This document shows positions 58,181 to 64,000 of a stretch of 64,000 nt of DNA, piece by piece. The DNA comes from Candidatus Krumholzibacteriota bacterium. Lineage in GTDB: Bacteria > Krumholzibacteriota > Krumholzibacteriia > JAJRXK01. The translations under genes were made by a program, and so were the position numbers. The DNA lies in assembly GCA_963764625.1 (NCBI GenBank), contig CAVXTH010000009.1:96001-160000 (forward strand), given 5' to 3'. Under the pieces are notes generated by a model that made no database searches, was not told where the DNA came from, and saw only the letters and a list, made by a program, of their open reading frames with translations. Every line of letters starts with the position of its first letter. The first letter of the stretch is position 1.

Positions 58181-60538
58181 GTGCTCACCATCCTCGGCGT
58201 CATCCTGTACCTGCGCCTCGGCTGGGTCACCGGACAAGTGGGGCTGGCGAAGACGCTCCTGATCGTCGTCATCGCCAACCTCATCACCCTCGTCACCACG
58301 CTTTCCTTTTCCGCCATCGCCACCAACTTTCGGGTCGGCGTCGGCGGCGCCTACTACATCATCTCCCGTAGTCTCGGGCTCGAATTCGGGGGAGCGATCG
58401 GGCTTCCCCTCTTTCTCTCGCAGGCGTTCTCGGTGTCACTTTATGCCTTCGGTCTCGCCGAATCGCTGCGCCTGTTATGGCCCGGCGTGCCGATTCAAGT
58501 CGTGGCGTTCGTAATCGTCCTGGCGGTGGCAGTGCTCGCCCTTCGCGGCGCGCAGATGGCGCTGAAGGCACAGCTTCCCATCATGGCCTTGATCGCGGTC
58601 TCACTCATAGCGCTCATTGGCGGGGCGTTCGGCGGTGCCCGAGTGGAGGCCGAAGTCGCGCAGCCCGCCACCGCGGTGGGATTCTGGGTGGTGTTCGCGG
58701 TCTTCTTTCCCGCGGTGACCGGCATCATGGCGGGACTCGGACTCTCGGGCGATCTGCGCGACCCCATCAAGGCGATTCCCCGCGGTGCACTGGCCGCCAC
58801 CATCACCGGGTTTGTGGCGTACCTCCTCATTCCCTTCGTGTTGGCGCGTGGCGCCAGCCCGGAAGCGTTGCGCGAGAACCCCTTGATCTGGACCAAGATC
58901 GCGCCGCTCGGGGTGCTCTTGGTGATGCCGGGGCTCTGGGGGGCCATCTTCTCTTCGGCCGTCGGCTCCATTCTGGGCGCGCCGCGCACCCTGCAGGCGC
59001 TGGCGGCGGATGGGCTTGCCCCTCGGTTCTTGGGTCACACGCGGAAGCAAAAAGGCGAGCCGGTGAAGGGACTCGTCGTGGCGCTTGCGATCGCGCTGTT
59101 GGGGGTCACGCTCGGCGACCTCAACACGGTGGCGCCAGTGGTCACGATGTTCTTTCTCACCGTGTACGGCATGGTGAACATCGTCGCCGCGCTGGAGACC
59201 ATCTCCGGCGATCCCTCGTGGCGTCCGGCCTTCCATGTGCCCTGGTGGCTGTGTCTGGCCGCGGGGGTAGGCTGCTTCTGGGTGATGTTCCTCATCAATC
59301 CCAAGGCCGCGCTCGCTGCCATCGTGATCGAGTTTGTGCTGTGGAGCGTTCTGGCGCGTCGCGAAAAGCGCGCCGGCTGGGGCGACGTGCGGCGCGGTGT
59401 GTACGAAGCGCTCATCCGCTGGTCGCTGATTCGTCTCTCGCACCGCCCGATGACCCCTCGGAATTGGCGTCCCCACGTCCTCGTCTTCGTCGAGGATGCC
59501 GATCGGCGGCTCGATTTGATCCTCTTCGGCACCTGGTTCAGCCAGGGGCGTGGAGTGGTGACGGTGTGCGAACTCGTGGTGGGGGATCTCCTCGCCGAGG
59601 ACCTCTCGCTCGCCGAGCGCGAGGAGGGCATCCAGCGGACGCTTCGGAACGAGGGACTCGTGGCCTTCGGCGAGGTGGACGTGGTCCGCGATGTCGTCGC
59701 GGGCATCACCAGCGTGGCCCAGGCCAATGGCATCGCGGGACTGGACAGCAACACGATTCTCATTGGATGGCCGCGTGATACGGCACGAGCAGTGGAATTC
59801 CTGCGGGTGGTCCATCGTATGGAGCGACTCCACAAGTCGGTGGTCATCGGCCGGATTCCCTCACGAACCGTCGCCCGGGAAAGCAGGGAGCGCGTGATCC
59901 ACGTGTGGTGGGGAGGACTGCAGCGCAACAGCGACCTGATGCTGCTCTTGGCCCACTTGATCACTCTCAATCCCCAATGGCGCGATGCTCGGATCAAGAT
60001 TCTGAGCGTGGCGTCCAACGAACTCATGAAGGCCAATACCGAGGCCTATCTGGCCGAACTGATTCCCTCAATTCGCATTTCGGCCGAGGCCACCGTGATG
60101 CTGCGCGAAAAGGATCGCAAGATTCGCGATATCATCCACGAGGAAAGCGCCGAAGCGGACATCGTGTTCCTGGGCCTCGACCCTCCCGAGGAGGAAGCGG
60201 AGCTGGAGGCCTACGTGGAACGACTCACCGAGTTGAGTGATTCGCTCCGGACCGTGTTCTTCGTCAAGAACGCGAGCCTGTTCGTGGGGCAGCTCGTGCA
60301 GACGACGGAGGAAGTAGCTGCTGCTTCCGAGGAGGGCGAAGAAGAAGATTCCCCGCCACCCTCGAAACCGAGCCACTTCCTGAGTCGCGCAGCTTTCAAA
60401 GGCCGAGCCTACTTCCCTCTGAGACTATTGATCGTTCGGTTCAGGCCGCGAGCCGCTCGCCCAGCTGGCGCAGGAGTTTTGCTCCATCGCCCTCCCAGGC
60501 CGCACCGTGCATGCAGGCCAGAACCTGGGGCGAAGTGA
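58181..60538 (+). CDS. SLC12-like cation-chloride cotransporter (APC superfamily); true termini uncertain
   Basis: KLGAFLGVYTPTVLTILGVILYLR (begins upstream at 58145), GGAYYIISRSLGLEFGG, FFPAVTGIMAG, NWRPHVLV and IHVWWGG. Confidence 0.88.
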   Translation: MLTILGVILYLRLGWVTGQVGLAKTLLIVVIANLITLVTTLSFSAIATNFRVGVGGAYYIISRSLGLEFGGAIGLPLFLSQAFSVSLYAFGLAESLRLLWPGVPIQVVAFVIVLAVAVLALRGAQMALKAQLPIMALIAVSLIALIGGAFGGARVEAEVAQPATAVGFWVVFAVFFPAVTGIMAGLGLSGDLRDPIKAIPRGALAATITGFVAYLLIPFVLARGASPEALRENPLIWTKIAPLGVLLVMPGLWGAIFSSAVGSILGAPRTLQALAADGLAPRFLGHTRKQKGEPVKGLVVALAIALLGVTLGDLNTVAPVVTMFFLTVYGMVNIVAALETISGDPSWRPAFHVPWWLCLAAGVGCFWVMFLINPKAALAAIVIEFVLWSVLARREKRAGWGDVRRGVYEALIRWSLIRLSHRPMTPRNWRPHVLVFVEDADRRLDLILFGTWFSQGRGVVTVCELVVGDLLAEDLSLAEREEGIQRTLRNEGLVAFGEVDVVRDVVAGITSVAQANGIAGLDSNTILIGWPRDTARAVEFLRVVHRMERLHKSVVIGRIPSRTVARESRERVIHVWWGGLQRNSDLMLLLAHLITLNPQWRDARIKILSVASNELMKANTEAYLAELIPSIRISAEATVMLREKDRKIRDIIHEESAEADIVFLGLDPPEEEAELEAYVERLTELSDSLRTVFFVKNASLFVGQLVQTTEEVAAASEEGEEEDSPPPSKPSHFLSRAAFKGRAYFPLRLLIVRFRPRAARPAGAGVLLHRPPRPHRACRPEPGAK

Positions 60539-61169
60539 GTGCGAGCTTCTCCGCCAGCGCCCGGACATTGCGCGTGTGAGAGAAGTAATCGAGTGCCCCG
60601 CGCATTTGCTCGCTGCTCTCCAGGATGTTCTCTTTTACCAGAGGCTGATGCTCGCTGCCTCCCTGGGTGAAGAGATCGCCACAGAACAGCGTCTTGGTGG
60701 AGTTCTCGTAGAGATGCCCGCATTCCCAGCCGTGGGGGAAGTGGGGGGTATCGAGCCAACGAACCACGTGCGTGCCCAGGGAGAGTTCCTCCCCGTCGCT
60801 CAAAGCGCGCGCCGGCCGGTCGGCAACGTCGTCGACGCTGACCATCTTGGCGATGGCGCTGCACAGGGGTTCGGCCTTGGGCGCGACCGTCAGAAAGTCA
60901 TTGAGGGAGCCGCATTCATCGGCCTCGTAGTGGGAAAAACCGATGTAACGCAGGGATTCGACCGGGATGACCGAGGCGATGGCTTCCTTCACCAGAGGAA
61001 ACATCTTGCGCGGACCGGTGTGGTAGAGCAAAGGCGCCTCGTCGACGACAAGGTATTGATTGAAGGTGAATCCTCCCGGAACCACTTCGGGCGGTACCGG
61101 AGTGCTAATGCGGTGAATCCCCTCGGCGATCTCGTCGATTCTCGTGCCGGTTTGGGTGTTGGTCGTCAT
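60441..61169 (-). CDS. Metallo-beta-lactamase-fold di-iron protein (ODP/FprA N-domain-like, no flavodoxin domain)
   Basis: FNQYLV, SHYEADECG, TPHFPHGW, LFCGDL and CMHG. Confidence 0.85.
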   Translation of the reverse strand: MTTNTQTGTRIDEIAEGIHRISTPVPPEVVPGGFTFNQYLVVDEAPLLYHTGPRKMFPLVKEAIASVIPVESLRYIGFSHYEADECGSLNDFLTVAPKAEPLCSAIAKMVSVDDVADRPARALSDGEELSLGTHVVRWLDTPHFPHGWECGHLYENSTKTLFCGDLFTQGGSEHQPLVKENILESSEQMRGALDYFSHTRNVRALAEKLALTSPQVLACMHGAAWEGDGAKLLRQLGERLAA

Positions 61170-61777
61170 GATGATTCGTTCTCCTTCTTCAGGTTTGTGG
61201 TTGGGTCATCGGGGTGGCCGAGAACGAGTGGGCGAAGGATCGCGATCAATTCGTCCCGGGCTTCCTCGGGGGTGAGCTCTCCGGAAAGACGGAGGGCCCG
61301 ATAGGTCAAGAAATCGAGGAGCCCGCGCACGAGCGGGGATCTGCGCGGTTCTAGGGGTTGGAGAATCTGGGTGATGGCGTCGGCCAGACCCTCGTAGGCG
61401 TTCATCTCTTGGTCGAGAGTGGGGGAATCCTCGCGGAGATGCGCGCTGGTCCACGCGTAGCCGAACATGGCCTCGTGAATGCGGCAGAGCTCGGCAACAC
61501 TGCCGGCCAATCGCGCGGCCGGGTCGTCGATCTCCCCTAGAGCGTCGAGGTCGGGCAGGGTGAGCGACTCCGCGAAGGTGCGGGTGCAATTCTGAAAGAG
61601 TTCCTCCTTGGTGGGGAAGTGATTGCGCACTGTGGGCAGCGAGCAGCCCGCTTCCTCGGCGAGGGGACCGAACTCGGTGATCCCTTGCCAGTGGAGCTTG
61701 AGGGCTGCCTCCAGGATTCGTTCGCGCGTCCGGGCGGCGGCTCTCTCGCGTCGGCGGTTGTCGTAGCGTCGAGTCAT
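61166..61777 (-). CDS. TetR-family regulator
   Basis: RRYDNRRR..TRERILEAA...LAEEAGCSLPTVRNHFPTKEEL; the AT-rich 5' extension in the ORF track is non-coding. Confidence 0.9.
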   Translation of the reverse strand: MTRRYDNRRRERAAARTRERILEAALKLHWQGITEFGPLAEEAGCSLPTVRNHFPTKEELFQNCTRTFAESLTLPDLDALGEIDDPAARLAGSVAELCRIHEAMFGYAWTSAHLREDSPTLDQEMNAYEGLADAITQILQPLEPRRSPLVRGLLDFLTYRALRLSGELTPEEARDELIAILRPLVLGHPDDPTTNLKKENESS

Positions 61778-61783
61778 GAAGGA

Positions 61784-61883
61784 AGAGTAGAAAAATAAAT
61801 AAGAACCAGCAATATTGAATATTGCATATAGATAATAATAAATGAAAATCACACATAATACATTGTAACTAATTAAGTTACAA
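61784..61883 (-). promoter_or_regulatory. AT-rich promoter (probably leaderless) with two inverted repeats
   Basis: TTGCTG-N17-TACTCT-N6-ATG on the minus strand; GCAATATT-G-AATATTGC (61809-25) and TTGTAACT-N5-AGTTACAA (61863-83). Confidence 0.65.
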
Positions 61884-61906
61884 CATCTAAAGGCTCGCGG
61901 ATCTCT

Positions 61907-62557
61907 CTAGTCCAGCGGGGTGAGGCCTTCGCGGATGGCGTACTTGGTCAGCTCGGCGACCGAATGGATTTCGAGCTTGTCCATGATCTGCTTGCGGTGG
62001 CTCTCGACCGTCTTGACCGAGAGGTGCAACTCGCCGGCGATTTCCTTGGTCGCTCGTCCTTCGGCCAACAGTTGCAGGACTTCGCGTTCGCGTGGGCTGA
62101 GCAGCGCGAAGGCGCTGCCCTCGTCGACCTCGGCCAGACGGATGTAGTCCTTGATGACTGCCACGCTCACCATCGGGCTGAGATACAGGTGGCCGGCCTG
62201 AACTTCCTTGATCACGTCGATCAGTTCACTGAAGCCCGCTTCCTTGAGCACGTACGCCACCGCTCCAGCCCGCAGGGCTTCGATCACGTAGCGCCGGTCG
62301 TTGTGCATCGAGAGCACGATGATCAGGGTCGACGGATTGGACTCGTGCAAGCGCCGGGCGACCTCGATGCCGTGCAGGCCGGGCATGGCGAGATCCAGAA
62401 TCAGGATGTCCGGACTCAGGCGCGAGACCAGATCGACTGCCTCCAGTCCGTCCTGCGCCTCGCCCACGACCTCGAAGTCCGAACGAGTCTCGAGCAGAGC
62501 CCGCAGGCCATCGCGGAAGATCTGGTGATCGTCGGCCACCACGATTTCCACACTCAC
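61907..62557 (-). CDS. NarL/LuxR-family response regulator
   Basis: VADDHQIFRDG, ILDLAMP and LSPREREVLQL..GRATKEIA..LHLSVKTVESHR. Confidence 0.96.
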   Translation of the reverse strand: MSVEIVVADDHQIFRDGLRALLETRSDFEVVGEAQDGLEAVDLVSRLSPDILILDLAMPGLHGIEVARRLHESNPSTLIIVLSMHNDRRYVIEALRAGAVAYVLKEAGFSELIDVIKEVQAGHLYLSPMVSVAVIKDYIRLAEVDEGSAFALLSPREREVLQLLAEGRATKEIAGELHLSVKTVESHRKQIMDKLEIHSVAELTKYAIREGLTPLD

Positions 62558-63666
62558 AGGCGCGTCTCCTTGGGGAGGGGAGCGACGAGTCGCGCGCGGC
62601 TGCCGCGCTCGGGGGCGCCTTCCAGCTCGAGCCGTCCCCCCAGCTGACGAAGGCGCTCCTCGATGCTGAACAGTCCGAAACGCTGGTCGTCTCTCGCTGC
62701 GAGCGCGGCGACGGGATCGAGCCCTTTGCCGTTGTCTGCCACGGTCAGCTCCAGTTTTCCCTCTTGGCAATCGAGCTCGATGGAGGCCTCATTGGCGCCG
62801 GCGTGCTTCACCACGTTGTGCAAGAGTTCTCGAGCCGAACGGAAGTAGAGGACACGCAGGTCGTCGGGCAGGTCTTTACGGCAGCGATCGCGCACTCTCA
62901 CTCTCAAGCCATGCTTGATCTGCACCTGTTCTCCGAGCCACTCGAGCGCCGGGCCCAAGCCCAACTCGTAGAGCACGGGCGGGCTCAGTTCGAAGGTGAG
63001 ACTCCGCGTGTAGCTGATGGCCTGATCGACGAGTTGCAAGAGTTCGTTCACCGCCGGATCGTGACCACCGAACACCGCATCCCCTTGCAATTGTCTTAGA
63101 CGAGCGCGCACGAAGGCGAGTCCCTGCCCCAGGTGATCGTGGAGGTCGCTGGCGATCTCGCGGCGCTCGCGCGCTTCGGCCAGGCACACTTCACTGGCCA
63201 GGCGGCGCAGGTCGTTGGTTCGGGAAGCGATCTGGCGCTCGAGTTCTTCATTTGCCTGCAGGATGGCAGTGTGGTCCCGGCGATGCTGCCAGAAGCCGCG
63301 CAGCATTTCAGCCAAGGACTGGATGAGATCGCGCTCTTCCTGCAAAAAGGGCCCTTCGTCGGCGAGCGGCCGCTCCTCGTGGTAGGCCACTTCCAGAACG
63401 CCGCCGGACCCGTCCCGCAGCCGGAACTCCTCGCGCTGAATCCATGGCGTCGAAGCGTGACGTGGGGTGGCCCAAGCGTCTTTTTCCAGCCCGACCTGCG
63501 CGGTGGCGATTTCGGGGTACTGCCAGGCCAAAGGAACCAGGGCCACCACCTCGGCCATGACCTCCGGCAGCGGCCGCTCGACGTTCTGGAGCAGCTGAGC
63601 AGTTCGGTGCAGAGCGGTCAGTTCCTTGACCCGCTCGTTGAGCTTGTGGTGCAGAACCTCGTGCAT
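62554..63666 (-). CDS. Cytoplasmic HisKA_3 sensor histidine kinase
   Basis: ERREIASDLHDHLGQ, ELLHNVVKHA, VADNGKG and FGLFSIEER; no transmembrane segment. Confidence 0.93.
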   Translation of the reverse strand: MHEVLHHKLNERVKELTALHRTAQLLQNVERPLPEVMAEVVALVPLAWQYPEIATAQVGLEKDAWATPRHASTPWIQREEFRLRDGSGGVLEVAYHEERPLADEGPFLQEERDLIQSLAEMLRGFWQHRRDHTAILQANEELERQIASRTNDLRRLASEVCLAEARERREIASDLHDHLGQGLAFVRARLRQLQGDAVFGGHDPAVNELLQLVDQAISYTRSLTFELSPPVLYELGLGPALEWLGEQVQIKHGLRVRVRDRCRKDLPDDLRVLYFRSARELLHNVVKHAGANEASIELDCQEGKLELTVADNGKGLDPVAALAARDDQRFGLFSIEERLRQLGGRLELEGAPERGSRARLVAPLPKETRL

Positions 63667-63709
63667 GCCCGCAATCCTAGTCCGCCCAGGGCCACCGGAC
63701 AACCGCGGT

Positions 63710-63743
63710 CAGGGAATCCCTGGTCCCCTCTGGGGGAATCCCC
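63710..63743. promoter_or_regulatory. Paired GGG-AAT-CCC inverted repeats
   Basis: CAGGGAATCCCTG (63710-22) and GGGGAATCCCC (63733-43) between the divergent kinase and amt genes. Confidence 0.45.
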
Positions 63744-63868
63744 GAGGGAAATTCAGGATCGGCCGGGTTGTTCTCCCCTAGCCCGAAACGGACCATGGAG
63801 CTAGCGCGCTTCCCGCTTCGGGGGCGCCTTTGCTCCATTTTGAGGCCCGTGAGGGGGAGGTTCAGGAC

Positions 63869-64000
63869 ATGATCGATACCGGCAATACCGGCTTCATGCT
63901 ACTCGCCACCAGTCTGGTCATGTTGATGACGCCAGGCCTGGCATTCTTCTACGGAGGACTGGTCGGACGCCGCAACGTCCTGTCGATCATGATCCAGAGC
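63869..64000 (+). CDS. amtB: Ammonium transporter, 5' end (absent from the ORF track)
   Basis: MIDTGNTGFMLLATSLVMLMTPGLAFFYGGLVGRRNVLSIMIQS; GGAGG RBS. Confidence 0.93.
   Translation, partial: MIDTGNTGFMLLATSLVMLMTPGLAFFYGGLVGRRNVLSIMIQS

Noticed and set aside
1-64000. Genome-wide TGA reassignment (genetic code 4 or 25) as the explanation for the in-frame TGA at 42917
   Set aside because: Many genes here end in TGA exactly at their family C-terminus (e.g. the ABC permease ...EALRYE*, DUF4266 ...CGCN*, TonB), so TGA is a normal stop
1-64000. CRISPR arrays, tRNA/rRNA genes, transposases, integrases, phage genes
   Set aside because: No regularly spaced repeats or recognisable motifs were seen by eye; a covariance-model search was not possible

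Overview
GC-rich bacterial window, probably from a long-read metagenome assembly: about 12-14 single-base frameshifts break otherwise intact genes. Secreted proteins with a FlgD-Ig-like C-terminal domain and an 'S-x-G-x-x-K-x-x-Y' tail suggest an FCB-related lineage such as Eisenbacteria, Krumholzibacteriota or Latescibacterota (inference only). Contents in order: (1) 1-14.1 kb, a LacI-controlled probable beta-1,2-glucan utilisation locus (GH144-like endoglucanase, stand-alone GH94 phosphorylase, sugar ABC transporter, uncharacterised CBM/discoidin/six-hairpin enzyme, tandem CBM9-like secreted protein) with matching operator palindromes; (2) a PstS-like/TPR/ExbB/ExbD/ExbD/TonB cluster carrying a third operator-like site; (3) surface lipoproteins, an MprF-like synthase, a triheme cytochrome and a secreted nuclease; (4) MacAB-type exporter, RRM protein with a hairpin-rich leader, tricorn protease; (5) a TlpA-DUF4266-DUF3570-ApbE flavinylation cluster followed by an apparently hidden SELENOPROTEIN, a thioredoxin-fold lipoprotein split in the ORF track by an in-frame TGA in a U-G-Y-C motif with a SECIS-like hairpin (the best find); (6) molybdo-hydroxylase pair, RND pump, O-methyltransferase; (7) an uncharacterised diheme peroxidase/Tat metallophosphoesterase/SoxA-like cytochrome trio; (8) ECF sigma/anti-sigma, ferritin, SLC12-like transporter, TetR/ODP pair, NarL-type two-component system and the start of an ammonium transporter. 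No rRNA, tRNA, CRISPR array or mobile element was seen. All family assignments come from motif recognition by eye, not from database searches.
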